This document shows positions 13,587 to 27,043 of a stretch of DNA of 64,000 nt, piece after piece (positions within the stretch are counted from its first letter, which is position 1; the number at the start of each line of letters is the position of its first letter). A model generated the notes under the pieces. The model searched no databases and was not told the origin of the DNA. It was given only the letters and a program-made list of their open reading frames with translations. The DNA comes from the human T2T-CHM13v2.0 reference genome, Homo sapiens. A program made the translations under genes and the position numbers. The DNA is taken from the NCBI RefSeq assembly GCF_009914755.1, contig NC_060939.1; one strand, written 5' to 3'.

Positions 13587-13663
13587 CTGCAAAATATCAA
13601 TGCATACAGTTAAGTGTTATGTATATTACCCAATGCAGAGAAGCATTTCTCATCAAATGTTAC

Positions 13664-13834
13664 CTGTTTTAGTAGGCACTTTCTCTTTTCCACATCCACT
13701 GGCTCTTCTTTAAGGGCAAATTCAGCAATTGTACTGAGGAGTGGAGACTGCGGATAAAGACCCTGCACATTCTGCTTCAACCACTTGTATTTGTGAACAC
13801 CTGTAACAGTACTCAACAGCGGCTGCCATTTGTC
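13664..13834 (-). pseudogene. HERC2: HERC2-like exon ~32 (in-frame 3-bp deletion)
   Basis: DKWQPLLSTVTGVHKYKWLKQNVQGLYPQSPLLSTIAEFALKEEPVDVEKRKCLLKQ (recalled HERC2 has EKMRKC). Confidence 0.93.
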
Positions 13835-14363
13835 CTAACAAAGGAAAACAATTTTCATCATTAGTCTACCCTATTTAATAATAAACTGTGCTCTAAAAGT
13901 TATTCAAGTAAAATATAAATAATGCTTATGGGTTTAAATTGGTTAAAATACGTTAAATTTAGTAATACATGTTTTTAAAACTATGCTATAAATATAAGTG
14001 AATTTATAATCTCTATACTATATGTTGGAACAGGCTAGCTTGGCATACTAAGTTAAGTTATGGTTCATATTAACAGCCACAGGGCCCAGCACTGTTTCTG
14101 GAACAAAGAATATATTTAAGGAATGAATGGTGAATAATTAATGATACAATCTAATACCAAAAATAAAAGGAAACCCTTCTCCAGCTACAGCTCTGACCAG
14201 GACATCATAAGTCAAGTTCATGAAGCATCACTGGGGCCGTATTTCTAACAACCGCCCGTCCCTCCCTCCAGATGCTCAGGTACAGAGGTACAAGACTGTG
14301 GATTCCTGTGCTACATGCTACGATTCTATTCAGCCAACCTCAGAATCACAGAAAATACCGCAC

Positions 14364-14497
14364 CTTGGGTGATTTAATTGCAATGGGTCTCTTGTCCACA
14401 TTTATTGGACTATGAGGCAAAATGCAAGCTTCTTCTAAATCACTCTCTTCGTTTCCAATTTTTTCTTCATCATCCGTAGATTCTGGCTTCTTAGGAA
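14364..14497 (-). pseudogene. HERC2: HERC2-like exon ~31
   Basis: PKKPESTDDEEKIGNEESDLEEACILPHSPINVDKRPIAIKSPK; AG/GT. Confidence 0.95.
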
Positions 14498-14724
14498 CTG
14501 TGTTTTAAAACATCATTCACTATAAAAATCATACACTTAAATATTAATTTTAAATTAAGACATATTTAGATTTACATGAAGGACAAATATTTCATTCAAA
14601 TAAACATCTGAACAACATTATAAATTGCAATGCTCAACAACAAGAGTGAAATGATCACCCTGGCAGAACAAAAAGACAAAGTGAGAGTGCGACGAGGGGA
14701 GAAGCCCCGAAGCAGGGGAAGCCC

Positions 14725-15053
14725 GGCAGCCAGCAAGCTCTTCCTCAAGTGCCAGAGAGTGAACATTTGAGTCTTTCAGGCCATGCTGTCTGTCGCAAAT
14801 ACTCAACTCTGCTGCTGTAGCACAAAAAGTAACCACAGATAAAGCAACAGGTGTGGCTGTGCTCCTGTAAAACTTTATTTATGGTGCTACAATTTTAGCT
14901 TCATGTAATTTTCATGTGCCAAAATAATATACTTCTTTTAATTTTTAAATAACAATTTCAAACTGGAAAAAAAAAAAAAGGTCTTAGTCCATGGGCAACC
15001 CAAAGCCAGCAAGAGGTAGAATTTGGCCCATAGTTCCTGGCTTGTCCACCCTG
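14725..15053. mobile_element. MER58B-like hAT-Charlie DNA transposon
   Basis: ctactcaactctgc-type core, gtgtggctgtgctcctgtaaaactttattt, atttggcccatag. Confidence 0.7.
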
Positions 15054-15205
15054 GTCCAGTTCAGTGGTTCTGTTACTGTGTAACTGAATCAACTGAATTC
15101 ACTGTGATATGTGGAATCTCCTCCCTATACTTTATCTCTTTTAAAATTTTTGGTCTAAGTCTCCTCAGCATATAATATAAAAAATAAGCAACATGATAAT
15201 ACATC

Positions 15206-15792
15206 TGGGCAGTAAAGAGCTAACATAGCAGGCCGGGGTTGCTCAAACCCTGCAAATTCCCAAGGAAGGTCTGTCCCTTCAGGATTGGTCCTTCTTCTAG
15301 GAGCTGAGCTCTGAGCCCTTGGAACATCCTGCCTGAGAAGTTTTTTGGTATACCTGACACCCAGGACCTTGTGGCAGTGGTCTGGCCAGGTAGTTTATGC
15401 TAATGATGGGACTTGCGAGGGACCACTTGTTTTTGCACTGGGGCACTGGAGCCTGAGTGAGGTCAGTCACAGGGGCACTGCCTGCGTATGTGACTGGCCC
15501 CCAACAAAATCTCTAGACTCGAGGCTCAGGTGCGCTGGCCTGGTTAACAATTCTTCACACATGATGTGACACTATTGCTGGGAGAGCTAAGCACATCCAC
15601 GTGATGCCACTGGGGAGAGACACCAAAGCGTGTGCCTAGTTTCCTCTGGACTTCCCTCCATGCACCCTTCCCTCTGCTAATTTTAATCTGTATCCTTTTT
15701 GCAGTAAAAACACAGCTGTGACTATAACAGCTCTTCTGAGTCCTTTTAGTGAATCATCAAGCCTGAGAGAAGGCTCGGGGATCCCTGACACA
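15206..15792 (+). mobile_element. ERVL LTR (MER77/MER21-group)
   Basis: tgggcagtaaagagctaacatagcaggcc...gaatcatcaagcctgag...ggggatccctgacaca. Confidence 0.7.
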
Positions 15793-16255
15793 GCAACAGG
15801 AATATTAATCACTTAATCTTTTCAAGTTACTTAATTTCCAAAAAAAAAAGAAAACCAGCTTGAAACACCACACGATAAATCTATAAACCCACAAGAAACT
15901 CTAAAAGTGACAGTGTGGGCTCAGAACCCACGGATATGAGATGGCAAATGTGGAGTCTCTCTCCCTCATTCCGAGGCAGCCTGTCTCCTGGGCCCAGGCT
16001 GAGTTCCTGCATGCCTGGGTTAAAGGAATCGCAGCAGTGTGACTGCTGTGACTTCCTGATCCAGAGCACCCCTCGCATTCAGACAGGCTGTTATGGTGTA
16101 GGGTTTGTTCAGGAACAATCAAATTAGGATGGCTTCTAACACACTTTAGTCTTTCATAAGCTTATTGTTCAAAATGCCCATCAGAAAGTCAGTAATCAAT
16201 ACTGTTCAATAAGCAGGTTTGTGAGTAAATCAGTATAAGTCATAATATGATCAGA

Positions 16256-16557
<302 letters not shown>

Positions 16558-17128
16558 TCAGAAATTTCTGTAGTTTATTTATAATCACAAGTGACTAAAT
16601 TCTAAACTATTTTATAATTTCTAAGCATTTTTATTCAAATTTGGATTTAATGCAAAAAGACTTTTCTGTACCCTTACACAGCTACTTCCAGGAAAATGTC
16701 AGTAACTCTTTTAGCTTCCCTTTATAGTTCTTCATGTATCAGAATACTCAATATTTCCAAACAAAAAACATTTCTTTAGAAGAATGGCAATAAGTTTAAA
16801 TGTTCCCATTATATCTCATTACCAGGATAACTAATAAAAGTACTTCCTTGTTCCCATCAATTTAGCAAAGATTATTTACGTTTTCAACATCAATTTACTA
16901 GTAATCAAATCATACCACACTCAATTCCTAAACTGCCTCATTGTCTGATCATTTGGAAAAATAAGCGAGATGTCTGTATTTAATCCTAACTATAATAAAA
17001 ATGATGGCAGCAGGTAGAAATGTTACATGGAATCAACAGTAGAGAAACTTCACTCTGAAATCACAGATCCAACGTGGCAGGGTGAAGCACAAGCTTTAAT
17101 AGTATCTTCTGTCCTTTTACATTCTTAC

Positions 17129-17324
17129 CTCTCTTTTTCCTTGGTTCTCGAATTATCTTCTGAGCTATCCTCCTCCAATGGGGCAAAGAACTTAACAATT
17201 TAAACTTAGACATTATAGAGAGGTCATTACAAACAGCAGGTCTCAATTCATTAAAGAGGAATCTCAAACGTTCGATGACAGGAGCGCAGACCTCCTTGTA
17301 AGAACGGCCCTGTTCTTGATGAGT
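17129..17324 (-). pseudogene. HERC2: HERC2-like exon ~30
   Basis: THQEQGRSYKEVCAPVIERLRFLFNELRPAVCNDLSIMSKFKLLSSLPHWRRIAQKIIREPRKKR; AG/GT. Confidence 0.95.
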
Positions 17325-17416
17325 CTGCAAAGTTAACCAGGAAAAGACAACTTTAACAACAAATATTTCAGCAACTGTCTGCAAAGCACAGAATAAAAAG
17401 AATTAAAATCTATCAC

Positions 17417-17544
17417 CTTAATGAGCGAACATTTTGCTTGGTAGACAACTCTACAAACATCCACCACTGACTTAGGCAACGTTCTGTGCTTTACTTGCTC
17501 AATACCAAGTGCACCTGCATGAACTAAAGATAATGCCACATGAC
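17417..17544 (-). pseudogene. HERC2: HERC2-like exon ~29
   Basis: HVALSLVHAGALGIEQVKHRTLPKSVVDVCRVVYQAKCSLIK; AG/GT. Confidence 0.95.
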
Positions 17545-17650
17545 CTGTAAAAAGACATTTAAAAGAAGGGCAGTGAAGGAATGAATACGTACCACAGGTT
17601 AGTCGAGGAATCGCAGTGTAGCTAAAGTACAAAGATATTGAGCTCCTTAC

Positions 17651-17783
17651 CTAAATCTTCATGTTTTAAGAGGCAACATAACAGCAAGCGACCGACCTCT
17701 TCCACGGGATGCTCGGGGGGAAACATGATCGGTGTGGTCAAATGGCACTGCCTACAGTACCTTTCTATTTGACACAAAAAGTC
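17651..17783 (-). pseudogene. HERC2: HERC2-like exon ~28
   Basis: DFLCQIERYCRQCHLTTPIMFPPEHPVEEVGRLLLCCLLKHEDL; AG/GT. Confidence 0.95.
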
Positions 17784-18056
17784 CTGCAACAGGAACAGCT
17801 GGAAGTAACTTCAGGGAAACCCAGTGAGTCTTCACAAATCTTAAACATGCCACAGCTTCTGACACACTTGCAATCACTAATGCTTCTGAAGCCTCGCTAG
17901 CATGTTAACACAATCAGGTTCTCACCTCAAAACCCTCCAAATAATACATGAAACAAAGTCTGTGCTGTGTTAACCAAAGAGCACATAAGTATTCCTATGT
18001 CAAAGTCCTCAGATAAACAGAGCACTGAGGTGGCAGTGGGGGCAGGCCTAGCTCAC

Positions 18057-18271
18057 CTTCACGTTGTGATCCTGAATGTTGTTGTCTGCAATGGCTTGCA
18101 GAAATGCCTGGGAATGGTCCCCCAGGGCCCGTCTGTGGGAGCAGAGTCAAGATTTGCTGGCAGGTGTGCCCCCTGGGGAGCTGCAGTGGTCCTCGTCTTT
18201 CTCCTCGTTGTAGCTGTAGTGGATCTGGCTGGTCTGCAGGCCTCCAGAGAAGATGGATGACTGAAGCCATT
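18057..18271 (-). pseudogene. HERC2: HERC2-like exon ~27 with nonsense TGA
   Basis: WLQSSIFSGGLQTSQIHYSYNEEKDEDHCSSPGGTPASKS*LCSHRRALGDHSQAFLQAIADNNIQDHNVK; TGA at 18149-18147. Confidence 0.95.
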
Positions 18272-19754
18272 CTAGAAAATGCACACGCAAACATGAAAGA
18301 GAAACTCAAGTGCACAACTCAAAATAAATACTAAAAAAAAAAAAAGATGCTCAACTGAACACTCAATTTAGAAGGTGAAATTCAGCATCATTCATATGAA
18401 AGAGCTCCACCTAACATGTTTACACAGGTTGACTTATAATTCCTCTATCTACGTGAACACACTTTCTGGTGATTCCACACGCCTCAGGCATGGCATCAGA
18501 ACTCAGGATCGTAGTTCCAGTCCAACATTCTCTGGATACCTGTGCTCTGCCTGCAGCTGCCTGGTTCCACAGGTACCGTGTGAAGACTGAGGTGCACATT
18601 CTAACAGGGAAGGCAGCAAAGGGCACCGCTGACACAATTAATCACAGGATTTCAAGTCCAAAACTGTGCAACAGATGACTATGGGGGTACCAGGGAGACT
18701 GGAAGACAGACCACCGCTATTCTGAGGGTCAGTGAGGGACTTGTGGAAGCAACAACTGAGCTAAGATGAGGAATAAGACCCAGACGCTGAGTATCCAGGC
18801 AGGGAACAGCACATCTGAAGGGTTTCTACAAAGAATTACATCCTCAGGGTAGGCTATGTATTCCTAGAGCACTTATAAAGGAATGAAAAGGAGAAAATAT
18901 TTAAGAAACACACAATCTGTAATGAAGGATAGATCCTTGGAGATGGGAGGGCCGATGGACTGGAAAGGAGACCTGTGCGTGGTGCAAGGCATGGGATCAA
19001 CCAGTGCGAATGTTAATTACAACTGCTTATGGCAACTTGAGGGAGTGCACCACTACAGATCTCTATTAACGATCTGTGTTATCAAATACTGCTCCAAATC
19101 CAAGCAATCAAAGCGGGATGCACTTAGTGTTCTTTTACTGGACATTTAGATTTTAGAGCACTCAGGAGCATTCCCCAACACACCACATTCGTTCTTCTGA
19201 AACACTAATCCAATGCCGACTCTCTCTGGCCCCCTCTCTTTAAGCACAGGACAGCCCCTCCTTACTGCTCCAAGATAAGCCTCTGATCCTCCTGTGGATC
19301 GGACCCACCTGCCAGGGCCCATGGCACCCTCTGCCCTGGAGTTCGCCAGCCCTGCCCTCCTTGCCAATTTAAACAAAGCCCATCTTCTGGCAAGCAATGA
19401 GCCTTGAGGAGGAGGGAAGGAAGCAGACACCTCAGAGGGCACCACAGGCAGCCCAGCACCTAGCACTGCACAAAGGTCCGCCCAACGGGGGGCTGTATGG
19501 ACACCAAGATCCTCCTTCCCTGCAAGCCTCTGCCACACCCACTCCTGCAAGCAGCAGGAAAGCCCTGCTCCTCTCAGCAGTGCCCTTGACACTCCTGTGT
19601 TTTCTGCCCAGAATGCTCTCTCACGCAATTTCAGGACTGCTGCCAATGTGAAGCCTTTCTTCTCCCAGAACCATGTATGAACATCTCCATTTCACCATTC
19701 ACCACCTTGTAATGTGACCTGCTTAGAATGGTGGCTCATCAACAAGCAGCAGCT

Positions 19755-19879
19755 GAAAGCAGAGGCGTGTCCTACCCATCACTGCATCCTGAACACCTCG
19801 CATGGTAACGGCACCAGAAAGCAGAGGTGTGTCCTATCTATCACTGTATCCTGAACACCTCGTATGGTAACGGCACCAG
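19755..19879. repeat. 62-bp tandem duplication in an L2-like 3' end
   Basis: gaaagcagaggYgtgtcctaYcYatcactgYatcctgaacacctcgYatggtaacggcacca x2. Confidence 0.9.
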
Positions 19880-20339
19880 GCAAATGCTCAACAGAAGCTG
19901 CTCACATGGATGGACAGACAGACAGATGGGAAATGCACAACTACATGAAGGAAAATGGAAACACATCTTAGGAGACAGAAAGAAGCTTATTATTTTAGGT
20001 GGTTACAAAGGCTGCCATCCTGAAATATAACTGACTTGAGCCTGGTCTGGTAAAAACGCAGTGCTCAAATAGTATGCTCTTCCCTGAGAGGACAGCTGAT
20101 CCACATTCTGTGCAATTTCTGGGCATGCAGGGAGACAAAAGCCATGCTGGGCCCATCAGGCAGAGGCTGCAATACGTGAGACCACCAAGGGCAGACGGGT
20201 AGACATTCCTGCACACTTTTTAGCTTCCTCTGCAGCAACAGACCATGAGGGCAAATGACAACCACTCACAGCTGTTTCTACCTGATTGAGTCTCACTATC
20301 CTTATTATTTTTTTTTTTTGTCATCATCAACTGTGTTGA

Positions 20340-20951
<612 letters not shown>

Positions 20952-21016
20952 TAATGGCACTTACAGTTCAAAAAAAAAAAAATCTGCTAATTAGCAAAAA
21001 GTAAAGATTTTCTTAC

Positions 21017-21167
21017 TGGCACATTCAATCTCGACAGGAGACAGCGGTGTGCTCATTGCTAAATAGGAAGCGTGTAATCCGAGAAGCAGGCCCAGATTCC
21101 TCTCTGTGTCTATCAGAGGTGAGGAGAGACTCCCCAGATCTGGTATGGTGACGCCTTCTTGGTCAGG
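21017..21167 (-). pseudogene. HERC2: HERC2-like exon ~26
   Basis: PDQEGVTIPDLGSLSSPLIDTERNLGLLLGLHASYLAMSTPLSPVEIECA; AG/GT. Confidence 0.95.
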
Positions 21168-22167
21168 CTGGAAAAATAAATTTAATCATCAATCTGAGGA
21201 AACAGAATTAATTAAAAACATAAAACCAAAAGGACAGCTCTCTCCTGCAGCTGTACCGCACGTGAGCCCAGGGGTGCTCTGGGCGTTCTGCCCCTCCATC
21301 CTGTAATGAGTTGGTGCTGCTGTGCCCAAGTAACAGCAGATACCATATAAACCCACATGCCCTATAAAGCAGGCAGCAACCGCACAGCCCTACTGTAGAA
21401 AAACTAAACCACAGATACATGATTTGGCTAGAATATTCCTTAGGAATCAGTTTCCAAAGTGACTGTACACCATGCTTCAGAAAGTATAATGAATTGTTAC
21501 ATGCATAAAGAACCCACTGGGCAACAAAACTATGACAAGTATTCGATGACAAGTATTAGTGGACTGTGACCACACATGTAGAGGAAATGAAATTTATTCT
21601 AACAAAAATCAAACTCTGAAAAAAGCAAGAGTTCAACTTTTTCAGTCACAGAAGATATTTACAGCAAAGTTAATTCTCCCCTTCATAAACTGTTTTAAGC
21701 CCTGCCCTAATGGCATTTAATACATCTTATTACTTGTCGATACCTAGTAAGCTAATCCCAATATATAAATTCTATGTGTTCGTGAATACATAGGAAGGAC
21801 ATATTTCTATTGTAAAGAATTACACTTCTACATAGTTCTTCCCAAAAAATACATACCTCAAGATTATAAGCCATTCCAAATTTCTACATAAGACCAAAGT
21901 TTAACCTCTTTTCTTGTGGAACACTGCCTATATTTCTCACAAATTGATCATTTAAAAAACAATCTTTCAAGACCAGTACATCACAGATCTTAACATGAAT
22001 AAATGTAAATTCATTTATGACAAAACTTCTAAAGGATCTTTATATTTATCCCTAATGCCCCGCAAAAGACCCAGATATCAGTACTTCTAGATCCAAATAT
22101 TCCTATCACAAACACACAGAGGGTATCCCCTGCCATCCTCTGCATCACTCAAGGCATACAGCCTCAC

Positions 22168-22271
22168 CTCCAAATACTGGCCAACACAAAATGCGTGCAT
22201 GGATTCCCGGGTGTCTTCAAACTGCAAAGCAGCTTCCAAAGCTACCACTGGGTCTTCCCCTGCAAACTGAG
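22168..22271 (-). pseudogene. HERC2: HERC2-like exon ~25
   Basis: QFAGEDPVVALEAALQFEDTRESMHAFCVGQYLE; AG/GT. Confidence 0.95.
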
Positions 22272-22655
22272 CTGAAACAAAAAGGGAAAAAGCAACATGA
22301 GTTCAATTCAGCTTGCCTGAAGAGCTACAGGAGAAATAGTGAGTAGGAAATAAGTTAGGCTCTTAACTCAAAAGTGAGGGTTACCAGAATATAATGACCT
22401 CCCACTGTCTCCCAGGGTTGCCTGGGCCAACTCGGAACTTGAAATGAGTTCCAAGTATTAAAACAAAAGATACATAATGAAAGGAAATTCTTCGAATGTG
22501 CTGAATTTGTTGATAAGACAGACACCAAAGCCACAGATACATTAAAATATGCGGGGGCTGGCACAAAACTAAAGGAATCATTTATAAGCCAAATACTCTG
22601 CTTAAAATGATACAGGCTGTAACTTTTAACCAGGAAATAACAAGTGTAATCTTAC

Positions 22656-22826
22656 CAAGAATACTATTTTCTGTTAACGACTGTGTCTGGAAGTCCTTTA
22701 TATCATACACTTTCCCGTCAATCACAGTCCAGAAGCCTCCATCGTTATTATGGTTCTCCAAATCAGCTATGCGTACAAGTGTCACTTTCTCATTATTTCT
22801 ACAGTTCTGACCTGTAAAAAATGACT
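22656..22826 (-). pseudogene. HERC2: HERC2-like exon ~24 (cytochrome b5-like domain, N part)
   Basis: SFFTGQNCRNNEKVTLVRIADLENHNNDGGFWTVIDGKVYDIKDFQTQSLTENSIL; AG/GT. Confidence 0.95.
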
Positions 22827-24239
22827 CTGTATATACAGAAACCAGAATCAGTCCATTGATCAATCAACAGGTAAAATGAAAAGAACAAACTGTGTGAAAG
22901 AACTACAAGCAGAAATAAACAAATCCACAATCACAATGGGAGAAATACATACCTAGCTCTGAAACTAATACCACACATACAAATTCTGTTAAATATAGAA
23001 TGCTTTAAAAAAAAGTCTAGGCAGCATGAATACCAAATCGGGCCATGCCAGGCCATAGAGTAAATCTCAACAGATTTCAAAGAAATAAACTTACAGAGCA
23101 TGTGTGCTGACTACAATGCAGTTAAATTACAAATAGGTTTTCAAAAATTCATTCAAAATAAAATAAAAATGACTCTGTATACACAGAAAATAAAAATATT
23201 CATCCACATATTTGAAAATTACAAGATACACTTATAAGTAACCCAAAATTCTAAGAAAAAATGACTATGAAAATTAGAAAATGTGTTCAGTTAATAATCA
23301 AAATACTGCAGATCGAAATTGGTGACATACAACTAAATGCATGCTTGAGGGCATTTATGCCTTTAAATGTATATATTTACACATTAAAGGGGGAAAAAGC
23401 TAAAAAAGAAAAGAAACACCAAATCAATAAAAGTCTGTTAGTTCATAAAAATACTCAAAAAAAAGAAAACCTGAGTGGTGGTCACCTATGCAAGTGCTAG
23501 GATACCAACTCAATATTATGAAAAATAGTTAAAGGGAGGTGGCAGTTCAAGAAGTCAAGCTTAGATTATGTCCTTGCTGTACAAATTGTACCTCCTGCTA
23601 ACCAGACAGCAGAGGGCAAGGTTGGTAGGGGATTTTATAGAGGATACGCAACACATGAATTCCCTGGTCTAGCTTCACAGAACTAAAGCGGGGAGCCACC
23701 GAGCATTACAGGCCTCCTGAGCCAACAGAAAGCATGCAGCATGACCCCAGACATAACACCGCCCCAACGAGACTGAATTCAAATCCAACCAAACCTCTAG
23801 ATCTAACCAGCAGATTAATGTAACTAACAGAAGAACATGTTGGTCTAGAATAAGAGAATGCAATCAACCAAGTTCAGAAAATGTGAAGTTCTCCAAAATA
23901 ACCAACCTGCTTCTTTGAAAAAGAAAACGGTATGATCAGAGACAGGGAGAAGAGGGCCTGGAGCCATGTTGTTTGGGGAAAGAGACTAGAAGCATATGTC
24001 AAGCAATGCCAATACGCAGAACATGCTCAGGTCTTAATTCAAAATTACCACCTAAAAAAGGCATTTTTGAGATAGTCCAGGAAAATGTAACATGGACTGC
24101 ATGTTAGATTAAGGAATCACTGTTAATCTTATAGACAGGATAATGATATTGTAGGGTTTTTTTAAAATCCTTATCATTAAGAGGTAAAATACCTTAAAAT
24201 GTTTTAAAGACAGAGTTATGCTTTAAAATAATCCAATCA

Positions 24240-24352
24240 GCCGGGCGCGGTGGCTCATGCCTATAATCCCAGCACTTTGGGAGGCCGAGGCGGGCAGATC
24301 ATGAAGTCAGGAGATCGAGACCATCCTGGCTAACACAGTGAAACCCCATCTC
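24240..24352 (+). mobile_element. Left arm of AluY-like element, abruptly truncated
   Basis: Ends at aaaccccatctc with no A-rich linker or right arm. Confidence 0.9.
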
Positions 24353-24726
24353 GTACCATGCCATATTACTGCATTTAACAGGTATGATGAAGCAACTGAA
24401 CAGGCTATTTTTCCATTTCCATTGCATTTCAACAGAGCCCATTAAAAAGTAGTATAAATGGCCCTTAAATACTAATATATTTTAAAATGCTCAAACTATG
24501 TCGGGGTCACCACTTTGTGCTTTAGCAGGCAAAATCCCAAAAGCCCACACACAAGGCTGGGAGACCAGCATCCCTATTGGTGGTGAGAGAAATCAAGATG
24601 TACAGGAGCAATCTGGTGACAACCAGCCCACACGAGGTCCATCCCCACCTGTGCATGTGCACAGGCACACACGCGTGCACACATGGAGGACACGTGTTCC
24701 AGGCCAGGCCTTGCAGTACTATTTGT

Positions 24727-25030
<304 letters not shown>

Positions 25031-26019
25031 CTCAGCACTATTTGTATAGCAACATTGTGGCAATAAGCCCAAGTGTCCACCAATAAGAGACTCACTAAAG
25101 AAAGATAGATAAAAGACACATCCACACACTGAAGACTAAGCTGATTTATAAAAACAAAGAGGGACACTCTGATAAGGTACTCCAGTATATATGGTTAGTT
25201 AAAAAAAAAAACAAAAAACAAGCAACACAAGTAATGAAGCATGCTACCACGAACGTACTCATGCCAGAGAACAAGGAGGTTACAGAGGAGACTGGAAAGT
25301 CAGAGGGAGCAGGTGGGAAAATGGGTGGAAGGGGTGGGCAGGGGAAGCGACAGTGTGTCTCTGCCTAGGTTTGATTTTTGAACCATGTGACTGTATTTTT
25401 TTTTTTAATGACTGTAAAACAAAATAAATACTCTTTATACTAGAAATAAAATGTTAGAAAAATCTGGATTCAAAACTAGGATTACTGTTCTGCACTGGCA
25501 AAGTTCACTACCATTCCCAAAGGCAGTTTTCTCATTGACATAATGAGATACAACAGCGTGCATGAGGTCCTCAGCGGGCCTGCACCCTACAGGTGCTCCA
25601 CACATGCAAATCACTACCATTACTATTACATAAGAGATATAATACATAATTATACTGTCACTACTATAACCAGCATGACATACTAAGACAGCCTGCGTTC
25701 AGAGTATGAAGAAGGCTGTGGAACCCCCTGCAGAAGGTGGGAGGGCCTGGGGCTGTGGATAAAGGGGAGCTCTCTGGGGCTGTGCCACCTGAACCTGGAA
25801 CCCGGGCCCCCAGGTTGGGTCGCCAGGCCTGTGCGCCTCAGCTTGCTCATCACTCACTCTCAACACGGATAACACCTTCAACTGCAAACACGTTTAAAAA
25901 CCACAGGCCAGCTCCCCCTACCAATACCAGAAAAAACAAGTCTCCACACGGGCCCAGGATGAGAACCTACAAGTGGTACTAGCTACAAAACACATGGAGA
26001 ACACGGTTCTTGCACACAC

Positions 26020-26195
26020 CTTATGAGACGTCGGAGAGCTACACAGAGGAGGCATCTACAGGGTGTAGCCAGACGGTCTAAATGGGCCATGACAACAACC
26101 GCCGTTTGTTGCAGATCAATGGCAAGCCTGTTGTCTTGTGGAAGGGTGAGGTACCTCAGGAAACTCTCACTGGGGCTCAGAGGACCAGACAAAAG
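26020..26195 (-). pseudogene. HERC2: HERC2-like exon ~10 with +2 frameshift
   Basis: [46 protein letters not shown], then extra AG (26057-26056), then [12 protein letters not shown] in the shifted frame. Confidence 0.93.
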
Positions 26196-26699
26196 CTAGA
26201 AAGGAAAAGTAAACAAAAATTCAGAAATGGTGGGAAAAACTAAAGTAACACAGTTTTTTACCCACGCTTTATATTTTGGTATTGACTCATTTGACCCATC
26301 AAATGACAATGTTGATGATACAGTTATACTATACGTCTATATATTTATGCAGCATATAAACTGTATAAATCTCTAAATCTGCTGTATACATGTACACAAC
26401 ATTGACTGTGCATGTATACATTTATGATACCATAGGTAAGTTGAATCCACACAGATTACTAACATGACCAAACCACTCTACAAGCCTAGGACCCCTGGAG
26501 AAAGGCAGAACCACCTCTGTGGGAACCCAGCACAGCATCTCAAGCTGGCCTTGAAATCTAAAACCAAAACCTTTATTTTAATCTAAATGTTGCCCACTCT
26601 GGAGAACACCTACTTTCATTTGCAAATTAAATCACAGTTCTAATTCTTCTAAAGGCAGAAGACCCCTATTATCATTAGTTTAAAGACTGCCAAATAATA

Positions 26700-26975
26700 G
26701 GCTGGGCATGGTGGCTCACATCTGTAATCCCAGCACTTTGGGAGGCCGAGGCAGGCAGATCACAAGGTTAGGACTTTGAGACCACCCTGGCCAACATGGT
26801 GAAACCTCATCTCTATTAAAAATATAAAACTGAGCTGGGCATGGTGGCGGGTACCTATAATCCCAGCTACTCGAGAGGCTCAGACAGGAGAATCATTCGA
26901 ACTAGGGAGGCGGCAGTTGCAGTGAGCCGAGAACGTGCACTGCACTCCAGCCTGGGAAACAGGCAGAGACTCCGA
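26700..26975 (+). mobile_element. AluS lacking A-tail and TSD
   Basis: Alu consensus followed by a G-rich pentamer. Confidence 0.88.
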
Positions 26976-26979
26976 AGAC

Positions 26980-27043
26980 GGGAAGGGACGGGATGGGACG
27001 GGATAGGACAGGACGGGATGGGATAGGACGGGACGGGAAGGGA
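26980..27043 (+). repeat. (GGGAC/GGGAT)n pentamer repeat replacing an Alu A-tail
   Basis: gggaagggacgggatgggacgggataggacaggacgggatgggataggacgggacgggaaggga. Confidence 0.9.

Noticed and set aside
25323-25344. Isolated G4 motif gggtggaaggggtgggcagggg
   Set aside because: Common in human introns; no supporting context.
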